From Callorhinchus milii (Eukaryota): DNA of 46,311 bases. Below the pieces are notes generated by a model. That model was not told the DNA's origin, searched no databases, and was given only the letters and a program-made list of their open reading frames with translations. A program made the position numbers and the translations under genes. The stretch is from positions 1 to 46,311 of the forward strand of contig NW_024705419.1 in NCBI RefSeq assembly GCF_018977255.1, given 5' to 3'. This document shows, piece by piece, positions 13,636 to 26,620 of this stretch (position 1 is the first letter of the stretch; every line of letters starts with the position of its first letter).

Positions 13636-14170
13636 CATCAACAGCAACAAATTGGATTGACGTAGCTCCCTCCACGCCGGACGGGGTCTCAGAGCACTTC
13701 ACAGTAACAGGTCCCGGAGCCGAGCCAGGGAGGAGGGGAACGAAGTTGACCAAAGGTCTTTAGCCTCGACCTGAAAATAGGAAGAGTGGGAGGGAGGCGA
13801 ATGGAGCGAGGAAAGGTTTCGGGAGCCTCGGGGCACAGTGGCTGACGGCACGGCCGCCGATGGTGGAGGATTCTGGGGAAGAGGAGTAGGCCAGACCCGG
13901 TGGAGCGATGGCAATGGGTACTGTTGTGGGGTGCGAGGAGGTCAGAAAGTTCGGGGTTGCAGAGGAGTTGTGGGATTTGAAGACAAGATTGAGGATCTTG
14001 AAATTGATCCTCTCTGGGACAGGCAGCCAGTGCAGTCTGGCAAGAACTGGGGGATCGGGGAGCGGAGTTTGGTGTGAGTAAGAATAGGGGGGCAGAATTA
14101 TGTATTACCTGGATATTTTGGATGGTAGTGCAGGGGAAACCGGCGAGGAGGGCTTCTGAATAATTCAGCC
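13636..14170 (-). mobile_element. L2-clade LINE 3' fragment
   Basis: Minus-strand translation LNYSEALLAGFP..IQNIQVIHNSA and a degenerate LHWLPV/RIxFKI region, followed by the 3' tail (gtgaagtgctctgagac...ttgttg). Confidence 0.75.
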
Positions 14171-14345
14171 GAGAGCCTTCAGCTCCGCTCTCGACTCTCT
14201 TCCCCCTCCTCGCTCCCTCCCTCCCTCCCCTCACCCTGACCATTTCCCCCCTGCTCGGGTCGTGAACCAAATGTGCAGCGCCTTGGGAGGTCCTCCCGAC
14301 GTGAAAGGCGCTTTATAAATAGAATCTTGTTGTTGTTGTTGTTGA
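14171..14345 (+). mobile_element. L2 3' UTR/tail fragment
   Basis: gcagcgccttgggaggtcctcccgacgtgaaaggcgctttataaat followed by a (TTG)n tail. The same tail is shared with the SINE family. Confidence 0.7.
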
Positions 14346-14744
14346 GTTCAGGTTAGCACATAGTGTGGTGAGAAAAGTGAGGTGAGTAAAGGGGGGCGTG
14401 AGCACATGTGATATTGAGCACAAGGGGTGTAGTCACAGGGTTGGGTGAGCACATGAGTGCGTGAGGGCAGGGTAGGTGGAACCACAAGCTGGGGAGAGCG
14501 AGCGAGTGGGAATCTCTCGGTCGGATAAGAGCTGAGTAAAATCTCGCACGAAACCTGTTTATATTTCTACCATTTACCGCATTTCCTGTTATCAACACTC
14601 TTCATACCATGGATCATATTTCCATGTTATTTCCTGGGATTGGCTGGAGTGTTTGATCCCGGGCGGAAACCCTACACCCCTGAAAAAATTCCCAAATCCA
14701 TACAACAGAGCGATCCCCACAAGGCATTGGCTCCGTGTCCCCTT

Positions 14745-16120
14745 TGTAGTGACATCCTCGCCCCACTCCCTGTCTTTCACCCTGCCTAACCCCCTTCCAC
14801 TCTCCCCCCCAACCCATCCATTATCCACTTCTCTCCTCTAACCTTCCACCTCTCACCCCAACACCTCTATTCCCCTCTCGCCCTCTGCTCCCTCTTTCCC
14901 CCTCTCCCACTTGTCCCACCCTCTATCCACATCTTCTCACAACGCTCACCCATTCCCACCCCTCTCCGCCCTCTCCACGCCTTTCTCTCTCTCTGCCAGC
15001 GTCACACCCCTCTTTCCCCATCTCGCTCCCTTGTCCATTCACCGCGACCCCCTCCCAACCTAGCCGCCACTTCTCTATCCCTTCTCCCGTATTCCCTGTC
15101 CTCCTCACTAACCCTCTCTCCCACACGTGTACTTCTCCCTCTCCTCTCTCCCCACTTCCATCCACCTCTTTTCCAACTCTCCCTCCTCTCTCTCTCTCAC
15201 CCACACTTTCACCCTTTCACCCTCTCTCTCATTCCCTCACTCCCTCACTACGCCCCACACTTTCCCCCCTTTCACCCTTCGAGCACTCTCTCCCTCCCTC
15301 TCTCCCCCATCTCCCCCTTCCCATCTCCCCAACTCTTCCCCTCTCCCACCTTCTCTGCAACCCTCTGACACTATCTCCGCCCCACAATCCCCCTTCGCTG
15401 CGCCTTTCTCGCCTCTCTCCCCTGCCGCTTTACTCGCTCTCCCTTCTCTTTTCTGCTCTTTCCCCATTGACACAGTGTTCCCCGCTCTCTCACTCCTCCC
15501 CCACTCTTTCCACCTTTTCTCTTCTTTCTGCCACACTTTCCTGCACCTTTCCTGACTTGCTCGACTATTCCACACACTACGTTTTCCCACTCTTCACTTC
15601 TTTCTCCCCTCTCCCCTCTTCCCCCTCTCCTCCCATCTCTCTTAATTACTACCCCAATCCTCCTCCCTCTCTCCCCACACTTCTGTCTACCACTGCGCAT
15701 CTCCCCACATCTCTCACACCTTCTCCCCCTCTCAACCCTTCCTCCCTCATTTCTCCCATCTCTCCATCTCCACCTCTACGCCCTTTCTCTCTCCCACTCC
15801 CCATTTTACCAACTCTCTGGTCTCCCTTTCCCCCTCTATCCGACCCTTATTCCCAATCTCTCCCACTCCTCTCGCCCATCGCCCCCTCTTCAACTCTTCC
15901 CTCTACTCTCTACCCCACAGCCCATCTCTACCTCCCTCTCCCCCTTCTTTCCCCTTCCCCTCTCCCTTCCTAACTCTCCCCCGTCTGCACCACTGTTGCA
16001 CTCCCTCCTCTTTCCCTTCGACCTCTTAACACCTCTCCCACTATCACCGTTCTCCCCATCTCCTCCCGTCTTAACCTCCTCTCCTCTCTTGCTTCCAAAC
16101 ACCCCACTCCCCTCCTACTC
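14745..16120. repeat. Polypyrimidine (CT-rich) low-complexity tract
   Basis: Strongly C/T-biased over ~1.4 kb. Confidence 0.9.
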
Positions 16121-16569
16121 ATATGCAATCGAGAGTGGTAGACTTTTTGCTCATCAGATCCGGATGGTGTTGCATGTGGGTCGATAGGAGCGAAAAGCCA
16201 GCTTTTGCGTAGAAGTAAACACTGGAATTCACCAAGCTAATCGAACAGATTCTGTCGTTGAGAGAGAATGCTGACTGATTAGCGCTCCCACTGCTTGCTC
16301 AACTAGGAGCAATCTACCCGTTAGTTGGGCTTTGGCTGTAGCGTTAACAGAAGCTGACTGGGTATATTCCCTGCCCCCATTAACTGGTCGGTGCTTCTGG
16401 ATACTGGCAATGGTCCACATTTGGCTTGCCATCAGCAGTGAGTGACCTGTAATATTACGGACAGGCCTATATCAGGAATCGGAATAGAGTCCAAGCAGGG
16501 TTTATTCGATTCTGATATTCCATCTGCACATCGAGCCGCCCACTTATTGAATATTACCATCTCTATTTA

Positions 16570-17680
16570 CATTGCATTGATTTGTTCAATCAAATAACCG
16601 TGAAAGTCGATGAAGGAATTGCTGTATATACTGTGTATGCAGACTTTTAATATGTGTTTGATAAGGTACAAAAAAAGACGTATTAGCAAAATTGAAGTCC
16701 ATGAGTTTAATGGAACATTAAGAAAGCATGGATCTTACATTGGTTGCAAACAGAACTCGGAGGGTTGCAGTGAACAGTTGTTTTTCAGGCTGGAAGACAG
16801 TGTACAGTGGTGTCTCGCAGAGGTCTGTATTAATTCAACTGTTCTTTTCAGTATATATTGATGACCTGGAGTTAGCTATATGAGTAACATTGTAAAGTAT
16901 GTAGATGACACAAAACCTGGAAACCTATTAGACAGTGAGGAATTTGGCAGCAGACGGCAGGAGGATACAGACATGCTGGTGAAATTGGCAAACACATGGT
17001 ACAAGCTAATACAGTGTTGTAAATGGGTTGCAGGCACAGAGAGACTACGGTTCACATAAGCAAATTGTTGCCGAACACGTTGGAGAAGCTGTTTTTTTTA
17101 AAAAAGCATACAGATTACTCGGTGTGCTAAACTAGGGCATGGACTACAGAGGTAAAGCGCTTACTTCCTTGTTCCATGTTGAATGGAATACTTACATCTG
17201 TTTAACTTCAAAATTAGCTGGTTAGATCTCAGCTGGAGTATTGTGTCCATTTCTGGGCATCACACTTTAGGTAGGATGTTAGAGCCTTGTAGGGGTTGTG
17301 CAGGACATTTTCCCTGGATGGTGCCAGAGATGACGAACATAATTATGTGGCGAGACTCGAGAAGCTGGGATTGTTCCCCTTAGAACAGGGATTTAAGATA
17401 ATTGACAAAAGAACCAGTTGGGAGACGAGGAGAATTTGTTTTATCCAGAGTTGGAAGGAATCCAATGCATGAAGCGGTGGTGGAAACGGATTCTACAATA
17501 GCTTTCAAAAGCGAATTAAGTAAATTAAATAGGTTTTTAAAAATGTGGAAGTAAAGCTATTCTATGAGTTAAGAGCGCGTCTTTGGGACGGGTTAGTAGC
17601 TCTTTCAAACAATTGATCGGCACAGGCATGATGTGCGAAATGGCCTCCTTCTGTGCTGTAACATTCTGCATTCTAAGAAT
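16570..17680 (+). mobile_element. Degenerate CR1 LINE RT-to-3' end fragment
   Basis: Remnants of the D.F.K.FDKV, SGVxQxSVL, IYIDDL and YVDDTK motifs, then a CR1 3' UTR (aatggcctccttctgtgctgtaacattct). Confidence 0.8.
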
Positions 17681-19489
17681 CTACTTAAGAGATTGCGATC
17701 CTTATCCCCAGAGTTACGCATCCAGTCTTTTCCATTATTTTCCCTTTATCTATCTTTAACCTCACTTTTTGCTTTAACTCTTTAGCTCCCCCATGATCAG
17801 CTTTCCCACCCCCTCTTCCATGCTGGGGACACGGAATCCAATGGGACACCTTGCATTGCTGTAAGTCGCTGTCCTCGAAGAAGGGAACGATATGAATGTA
17901 GATTCTTGTTGTGGTCACAGTCTTTTAGATTGGTTAATCATCATTCGAATTTTGCACACTGTAATCCATTCCAACCACAGCCAAGTATCCATGTGCCAAT
18001 GGCATAGGTAGAAACATAGATATATCCAGCACAGGAGATGGCTATGGTGATTGTCCTTCTCTACTAAAGTGCAATCATTTCAGTGTTATTTACCTGTCCA
18101 AAAGAAGAAGACCATCACCGTGCTATAGAGATTCATTTATCGCTGTGGAATTTGTTTGAATATTCTGAAGCATGTTGATGAGTTTTCTCCTCTGTTGGAC
18201 ACCCAGCTGTCAAAATAATCCTCTATCGTTGGAATAATCATGATTCAGTCACTGATCAGTCTAATATCTATGTATTTCTCACAGGTTCCTTTTCTACTCG
18301 GGAAATTGTGAACAATGCTCACATCAGCCTGGCGATCGCGTTTTCTCTGGTATTCTCTCTGCCTTAAATCGTGGTCGAATGCCATAGAGTAAGAAAAGAC
18401 AACAGTCGAGAAAGAATTATTGAAGAAACGACCTGACCTCTCCACTGATCTCCTCAAAGCTCTTTCAGTTTCCATCTCGTCTGCACCTTATCATCTGTGT
18501 CAGACCACAGCACGTTTCTCTTGGTATAATTTCCTGCCTTTGCCATTGCCTCACACACCATTTTCCAGTTTTCTATCTGCCTCCTTTATCCTCGTATTGG
18601 AGTTAACTTGGGCCCCTTCAGGGCATAGCAGCTAAATACACCTGACTAGAATTAGAAAAATCACAATTCCCACACTTGATATTGCAGTTGTCACGTCAGT
18701 ACGACTTGTCAAAGGACTTTACAAAATGTACTGCTCAAAGACTACATATTTAGGGCACGACAGCAAATTTGCGAACAGCAATATCCCAGAATCCCAATAG
18801 CCCATCAAGTTGATTTACGGCAGGCAGAAGGCCATTGGTCCATCGAGTCTGTGTGGGCATTTTAAGAGCAATCTACTCAATCCAATCTCAATCCAATTTC
18901 TCTGTCTCTGTCTCTCCCACGAAACAAAGAGTCATTATACGTTATATTTCCTCTCCCCTTGTCTCAGTCTCTCTCTCTCAGTCTCTCTCTCTGAGTCTCA
19001 TTCTCTATCTCTCGCTCTCCCATTGCTCACTCTGTTTCTATCCTCACTTAATCTTGCTTTCTGTCTCTGTGTCTCTCTGTCGGTCTCTCTCTCAGTCCCC
19101 TTCTATCTCTCAGAGACTCTCTCACAATCTCTCACTAAACATTTATTTGAAGGGATTATCAACCACGGAAAAGCGAGATTCAAATCACTTGACCACCGGA
19201 TTGTGACTGACGCTCTGCAAACAGACTCCAGTTGAGAAAGTAAACATCCGTGAGGTTTTGTCCTTTCAGGAATCAGACCCAGACCCTTTCCAAAGCGAGG
19301 CGAGTGCTCTAACCACTGAGCTGCAAGGCTCAGACTCCAGTGTTTCATCAGAAACAGGCGAACTCAGGGCTAAAGCTGTGTAGACTTTATTCTTGGCGAG
19401 GCGTTTTGCACATGCGTTTTGACTGCATAGGTATCAACAAAAAACACCTGAGGATCTGATATTTCCACACCAAAAAATTCAGTCTCGTA

Positions 19490-20100
19490 GCTAAACACTC
19501 ACGCAAACACTCATATTCATACACATTAAAAACAAATATACACACACATACACACAACACTCGAACAGACACGCATGTAAAAACACATGCAAGAACAAAC
19601 TTGCACACATATACACACATAAATACCCACAAACACACACACAAACAGATGTGAATGTACAAACACATAAAAACACATACATACACACATACATACACAC
19701 ACACATTCACACGCATACATATACAAAGAAACACGCATACACACAAGCAACACATCTATGCATACATACTCACACCTACGCCTAAATAAACACCCAGAAC
19801 ACATACACACAGACAATTACAAATACATATACACACACGCACAAATTCACTCACACACCACACAAAAACATACACAAACACATTACACACACACACATAC
19901 AAATGCGGAAATGCACACACAGAAATACACGCACAGAGAAGCACTCACAGCCATACACAGACAACAAACACGAACACACACCAACACTGAAACACACACA
20001 GACCCCATTACAAACAGGCACACACACAAACAAATCACACACGGACACACATATACAGAAACACACACATGCGTAAACGCAAATGCGCAAACACAAACCA
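19490..20100. repeat. CA-rich low-complexity tract
   Basis: Degenerate (CA)n. Confidence 0.9.
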
Positions 20101-20637
20101 TTCAGTGCTGCTCCGAGCTCCGAGGGAGGCTGCTTCTAGATTTGCACACAATTTATCTTAAAATTCTCCCTGTGGATCAAATGTTTCCAATGCCCTGGAG
20201 AGAATGTGCCCCCATTCCACACACACACAGTCCAGTCAGATGTGCAACTGTCAGGAGGCTGTTTTGAAGCCTGATGACAGTGTGTGTGTGTGTCAAACAC
20301 ACGGCTGAAATTGTAGTGAACTGCAAACCCACAGCGTGTGGAGGGATTGACGGGATCAGGGCAGGAGCTTCGGGATTAAATACAATGGGAGCGGGTTTGG
20401 GCTTGGAGCCAGTTTCGCAGTCGGAGCTGTGACTGTCCACATGTCACGAGAGTTGAGGTTTCCAGCGCAAGGTTTCTTATTAATACACGTTGAGAACTTG
20501 ATATAAAAGTTGTCTTGTGGCTTCACACTGTCACACCGATTACTGTCACAATATTCAGCCGCACTGATCAGAAAGTCACAATAAACACATTGAGATATTG
20601 CTGCATTCAGTCTCTGGAGACACAGTGTGTTACTTAC

Positions 20638-20723
20638 CCGAGATCTGTATTTTACACTCCGGGTTCCTCAGAGCCTCACACAGTCGCTTCACTCCACAAT
20701 CTCCCAGTTTATTGTTCCCAAGC
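20638..20723 (-). pseudogene. Orphan ribonuclease-inhibitor/NLR-type LRR exon, 86 nt (frameshifted)
   Basis: Bounded by tgtgtccag| and |gtaagt. Reads LGNNKLGDCGVKRLCEALRNPECKIQ. It is one nt short of the usual 87-nt phase 2-2 LRR exon. No NACHT or sister LRR exons seen in the window. Confidence 0.75.
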
Positions 20724-20964
20724 CTGGACACAGAAGCACAAACGAATGGAATATAGTGTAGCAACACAATACACATTGACATGTATATACCGGAGCCTTT
20801 CAGGTGGGGAGCAAGTCGCAAGGCGCTGGGACGAGGGTCAGACACTCACACACATGTGACACAGTGATCAAACAGCTGATATTTTTATTGATTCACGTGT
20901 TGTTCATGAGGTGACCCCTGGGGTGGTCGGGGAGAATATATCTGCTCCACAACCATTTCCATCA

Positions 20965-21995
20965 TTCCAACTTCACCTTCACTACTCTCTTCCTCCTTCC
21001 CAACCTTCCTTCCTCTCCCCCCTCCCTTCGTCTCCTTCCTTCTTCGCTTTCGGTCCAATCTCTCGCTTCCACGCTTCCTCTCCCTACCTCCCTCCGTCCC
21101 TCCTACCCCTCACATTCTTCCGCCCTCCTTCATCTCCTTCCCGTTCTCCTGCCTCCCGCTTTCATTTCCCTCCCTCATTCTTCCACTTCCTTCTTCTCAC
21201 TTCTTCCTCTCACGCCCTCTCCCACTGCCTCCTTCACTCCCCTCCCTCCTACCTCTCCCTTCCTCCTTCCTCTCCCTCCTTCCACTTCCACGTTTTCCTT
21301 CCTCTATCTCTTACTCCTTCTCTTCCTCCTTCGTCTCCCTCCATTTCCTTCCCTCCGTCCTTCCTCTCCCGCATTCCTCTCCCTCGTTTATCTTTCTCCC
21401 TCTCCCCTGCCGCCCTATTTCACATAATTTCCTCATTCCTCCCCATCCGTCGTCTCCCACCTTACTGTCCCTCTCTCTCCCACTGCTTCTCTACCTTTCC
21501 TCCCTTCTAACTCTGCCTTCTACCTCTGACTTCCTCCTCTCCTTCCCTCTCCCATAGCCTCCATTCCTCCACTGTCTTCTTACTCTCACTACTGCCTCTC
21601 CCTCCTCCCTCTCAATGATTCCTCTCCCTCCTTGCCGGCCCTCTATCCTTCCGCTCCCTCCCTCCTTCCTCTCCCTCCCTCTTTCCTATTCTCCATTCCT
21701 CTCCTCTTTCCTCTCCATTTTTCCTCTCTCTCCTTGCTCTCTCTTCCGCTTTACTCTCCCTCATTCCTCTCCTTCCCTAGCCTCACTTCCTCCTCTCCCT
21801 CCTCCGGTTCTCTCCATACTGTCCGTACTTCCTCTAGCTTCTTCCTTTCCCTCGCCTCCTTCTTCTCACTTTCCCTCTCCCTCCTTCCTCTCTGTCCTTC
21901 TTCTCCCTCCTTCCTCTTCCTCTTTCCTACATTTCCTTTGTCCTCTCTCCCATTCCTCTTCCTGCTTCCTCCCACCCTTCCTCCACTCCTCCTTA
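20965..21995. repeat. Polypyrimidine (CCT/CT) low-complexity tract
   Basis: Strongly C/T-biased over ~1 kb. Confidence 0.9.
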
Positions 21996-22738
21996 TGAAT
22001 AATAATAATGATCATTTAATTTGATGCAGGGCTTTTCACGTCGGGAGGACGTCCCAAAGCGCTTCACAGAACACACTGTAAAGTGAATCGACTGTATATT
22101 TGTGGGCGAACGCGGCAGCCAATGGCGCATAGCATTGTCCCACAAACAGTCGTAGATTGAAAATGACCAATTTATTTATAGGTTTTGGGTGTTGGAGGGA
22201 TTATTATTAGGCTCTTTGTGGAGTAAGGAAACTTGCCCAAGGGTTCGCCCTGACGTAAACAAGAGAGAAGGGAATAGATGGATATGAGAGAAACATTGAG
22301 AAGAGATAGAGCTCACAGGTGGATAGAATGTGTTGACTGTCCTGTTTCCATGCAGTAACACTCAATGAAATACTGTGTTTCTCTGCGCTGATTTCTCTAT
22401 GTGGAGTCCTGTAACTCCGTGGTTAGAGCAATCCCCCTCACAAGCGAGTGACCTGGGTTTGATTCCCATCAGGGTGAAATGTTGGAAAAGTTTCCTTATT
22501 CCTTTACCGAGCAGCAAGTAGGACCCTGGATGTTAATCGATTGACGGATCATTTTTCCGGGGAGAATAATTCCTTTAAAATACAAGTAGTAAAATTAACT
22601 GGACACGTCAATCGACGACTGCACTGGGTGCGGAATTGGTTGTGGCGTTTTGCCACACCATATACAGTCGATTCTCTTTACAAATTATTCTGTAATGCAC
22701 TTTGAGAAGTCTCGAAGACATGATTATCAAATGCAAGG

Positions 22739-22770
<32 letters not shown>

Positions 22771-23131
22771 CTTTGTTTTTTTCTTTCTACCTCTTCTCTC
22801 GGTCTCTGTCCCTCTGTCTCCTCTCTGTATTATCCATCTGTGTCCATGTCTTTTTTTTTCTCTCTATCTCTCGTTCAAGATCTCTCTCTGTCTCTTCTTT
22901 TCTGCTCTCGCCCACTCTGCCTGTCTCGCGCCTACTCTCTTCCTCAATGTGTGTATCCCCACACATTGCGGGACATTGCTCCGCGCAATTGGCTGCCGCG
23001 TTTCGCCCACAAAATGCGCCGTCAATTCGCTTTCCAGTATGTCCTTTGGAGCGCTTTGAGACATCTTGAAAAGGTGATAAGGCGCTGTGTCAAATCCAAC
23101 GATAATTATTATTATTGTTATACATTACCAG

Positions 23132-23927
23132 GTAACTTTCTGGCACTTGTCATTCTATCCGGTGGGCAGTGCGGTCTCTCCAGGGGCGTTTCTCGTTACC
23201 TGGTGGCTATGGCAGTTGCTGACCTGGCTGTGGTGATCACAGATGTGATTCTTACCCGAATTAATTTCCTGTTCCTCCCGGTGTGTTTCCTGGACCTCAC
23301 TGTGGCCTGCAAAGTGCGGCAGGTCCTGCTCTGCGTGGCCGCTGACGGCTCTGCCTGGCTCACCGTGGCCTTCACCTTTGATCGCTCAATCGCCATTTCC
23401 AACCCAAAGCTGCGGGGCAGGTACTGTACGGATAGAATAGCAGTTGCGGTCATCGCTACGCATGTTTCTACGTCTCCCCAGAGTGGACGACGTTTCACTG
23501 GCTGGACATCGTCCTGACACCCTTCGTCGCCTTTCTCTTCATCCTCCTCTGCAACGTACTGACCGTCAAGCACATCGTGGCTGCCAACAGCAAGCGCAGA
23601 GGGCTGGTCAAGAACACCACAGAGCGCAATGATCCCGAGATCGAGAGCAGAAGGAAAGCCATAGTCCTGCTCGTCGCAATATCGGGCAGCTTCATTTTAC
23701 TCTGGATGACGTATGTTGTGTATGTGATGTATGGGCTATTTTTTGACTACGGTTACACAGGCTTAGATGATCCAATATACATTCTCTACCAATCCTCTAT
23801 CATGCTTCAGCTCAGCAGCAGTGCCACCAACACCTGCATCTATGTTGGTACCCAGAATAGATTCAGGCAGGAGCTCAAGAGGGTTCTGACCTGTCCTTAT
23901 CGCTTGCTTGGCAAACTGATTAAATAG
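23132..23927 (+). pseudogene. GPR139-like GPCR paralog, exon 2 with an internal deletion and frameshift near 23460
   Basis: After the ccag| acceptor it reads GNFLALVILSGGQCGLSRG..AMAVADL..AFTFDRSIAI..VAVIAT. It then shifts frame to FYVSPEWTTFHWLDIVLTPF..FILLWMTY..ATNTCIYVGTQNRFRQEL..LIK*. Roughly 30+ codons (TM4/ECL2) are missing relative to the 4237-8387 paralog, and exon 1 was not found. Confidence 0.85.
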
Positions 23928-25319
23928 CCGAAGAGACAGACAGAATACAATGCATTCGCACAATTACATTTGCAAAGCGTCTTTAAGATCAGGAGGACAT
24001 CCCAAGGCGCCGCACAGTCGCGGATTTTGATTTGAGATGGGGTTGGGATCGGGAGGGGTGGGGTCGGGGAGGAAGGGTAGGAGGGTGGCCGAAGGGCTCG
24101 GTCAAAAAGGCGGTTTCAAGACTTGCCTTTGAGGAGGCAAGAGAGGGAGCAAGATAGAGGGACTGTGGAACAGAGTTTCATAGGGTGGGGCAGAGAGACT
24201 GGAGGTCTGGCCGCCGATGGTGCTATGACGCTCGATGTACAACACTTTCTCACAAGCAATCTTTTCCTCAATGAAATTCACTCCCAAATCCCACGTGAAT
24301 TATTCTCTCCTCTCAAGTTATCTGCTATTAAAATCAATAAGTGAAGAAATGTTTCTGCAGTCATAAGGATCAAATAATCACTATATTTGAAAATACCTCC
24401 TAACAATATTAATAATGAATAAGATTTCCACGTCGTTGAGATGTCTCGGAAGGTTTAGAACATGTTTCATAATTTTCAATAGAGTATAACGCAGCATCCG
24501 TGTTTTTGGAGTCAAAAATACTATGACTGGAATTACATTGCCTAAAGGGAAGGAATTGAAGGGGTTGTTTAACTAAGGTATTTAAAATAATCATATTATC
24601 TCTGGCAGGTTTGGTTATTGGGATATTGAGTGTATTGAATATTGGTTATTAGAATATTGTGGTGTCGTATAGCTGAGTAATTAGATCACTCACCTTGCAA
24701 GCGAGAGTCCAAAATAACCTGCGACAAAATAACCCTCTCCCTCCGGCTAAACACTTGGCTCAGAATAAATCTCTGTGGTGCCACCAGTATTGCCCTTTAC
24801 TGATAAAAATATGAATAATAATCCTTATATTTGATGTAGCGCCTCATCACACATTCGAGACGTCTCAAAGCGCAATTAATAAACGAGTGAGAGGACTGCG
24901 GTGTGATTACAGTATAGATGCAATTTGCATTTACCATGTGTGACCTTCACCAGCAAAGAATGTCCCAAAGTACTTGGCATTGCTGGCTTTGGGGGTTGGG
25001 ATTGGGTGGGCGTTGGTCGGCGACGGCCAAACTCGTCAAGTGCTTTTACCAAAATTAGGGGAAAAGGAGTAATATTAGATATTTCCAGGAGTAAAATTAG
25101 ATATTTTTATTGCCTTGCTCGCCCCACTATCGGTGGGCGGACCTTGCACCACTCTGCGCCCACTCTCTGGAGCTCCAACCCGCAGTCCCTCTGCCTCACC
25201 CCCTCCAGACTGTCCTCTTCGACCATGTTTTTGATCTCGCTGCTTTCCCCCTCCCCCAACCCGACCCTCAGCTCGGGTCCGAAACTCTGTCTGTCCAGTG
25301 CCTTTGGACGTCCTCCATA

Positions 25320-26345
25320 AGGGTCATAAGGGTAAAGCTGTGGATGTATATCTGGATTCAGTAAAGGGCTTTGATACAGTTCCTCTTGAGAGGCTGGTAC
25401 TGAAAGTGAAGAAAGTAGGAATCAGTGGAGGTATATTGCAATGGAGAGGCAAAGTTTTGACTGGAAGAAACCGAGAAGCTGGTGGTACAGGGAATATCAT
25501 CAGATTGGAAAAATGTTACAAGTGAAGTCCCACAAGGATCTGAATTGGGACTTCTTCTGTTCAATACTTTTATAGATGATCTGGAACGAGGGTTTGCAAG
25601 CAGGAATACCCGGGAATGTTTAGCTCCCACCCTTGGTTTCCTTGTAACCACGTCTCAGTAATGGCCACGAGACCGTACCCATTTATGTCTGTTTGTCCAC
25701 TTAATTTGTCTCTCTTGCTACTTTTTGTGCATTCAGATATAGCGCCTTTACTTTTGACCTGTTACCGTTTCCCCTACTCATTAATGCCCTATTTCCTTTG
25801 TGGAGCTTTTCGTCCCTACTCGACACACGCTGTTCCTTATTTCCCAAGTCTCTACTTTGCTCGACAATCATGACTATTCCTTGCAATGCCGGTTTACATT
25901 TAACTGTCGCTGTAACCCTCCCTTAAACCCCCCCCAAAAAAAGGTTAAAGCTCTACTTATCTCCCTATCTCGTCGTTTCGCCAGGATATTGGTCCCGGTT
26001 AAGGTGGATTCCATCTCGATGGAACAGCTCCCTTTCCCCCCAATACTGGTGCTAGTGACCCATAAACTGAAACCCCTGCCTCCTGCACCACTCTTTCAGC
26101 CACAAGTTTAACTCTTTCATTTGTTTGCCCTGTACCGGTTTGTGCGGCTCATGCAGTAATCCGGAGATTACCACCTTGGAAGTTCTTCCTTTTAATTTCG
26201 TTCCCAGTTCATTGAACTCACTCCTCCAGTCGTCATTACGTAATGCTACCTACATTGTTCATTCCTATGTGGATCACCTGAATAAGATCCTCTGCCTCCT
26301 GCCTCAAACTCTTCTCCAGCCCTGAAGAGGCATCCTTCACCCTGG
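25320..26345. mobile_element. Two CR1 fragments (plus-strand RT piece ~25320-25600; minus-strand piece ~25600-26345)
   Basis: KAVDVYLDSVKGFDTVP and [19 protein letters not shown] on the plus strand. LYLNA and PxTRVKD..VIHIGMNNVG (CR1 ORF1/ORF2 start-like) on the minus strand. Confidence 0.65.
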
Positions 26346-26349
26346 TGCC

Positions 26350-26620
26350 AGTGGAGTCCTGTCGCTCAGTGGTTCGAGCTTTGCAAGTGAGAGACCTGAG
26401 TTGAATTTCAGGCGGCGCGAAACCGTGGGCAAGTTTCCTTACTCCACACACCTAATAATAATCCCTCCGCAAAATCAAAACAATAATAAATTGGCTGCCG
26501 CGTTCGCCCACTAACATAGAGTCAATTCACTTTACGGTGTGTTCTGTGAAGCGCTTTGGGACCTCCTCCCGACGTGAAAAGCGCTGTGTCAAATGCAAGG
26601 ATTATTAATATTGTTGTTGT
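26350..26620 (+). mobile_element. tRNA-derived SINE, internally deleted copy
   Basis: gtggagtcctgt.gctcagtggtt head plus the gacgtgaaaagcgc..aaatgcaaggattatt tail. Confidence 0.85.

Noticed and set aside
14923..16102. G/E/R-rich and P/S/L-rich ORFs (also 20911-22024, 45799-46191)
   Set aside because: Products of polypurine/polypyrimidine low-complexity DNA.
18285..18388. Plus-strand exon-like segment (cag|...|gtaaga) with a hydrophobic translation
   Set aside because: In-frame TAA in the hydrophobic frame and no recognisable family or partner exons; insufficient support.
22702..23131. Long N-terminal extension of the 271-aa ORF before the second GPCR
   Set aside because: It translates SINE tails and CT repeats; homology begins only after the splice acceptor at 23131.
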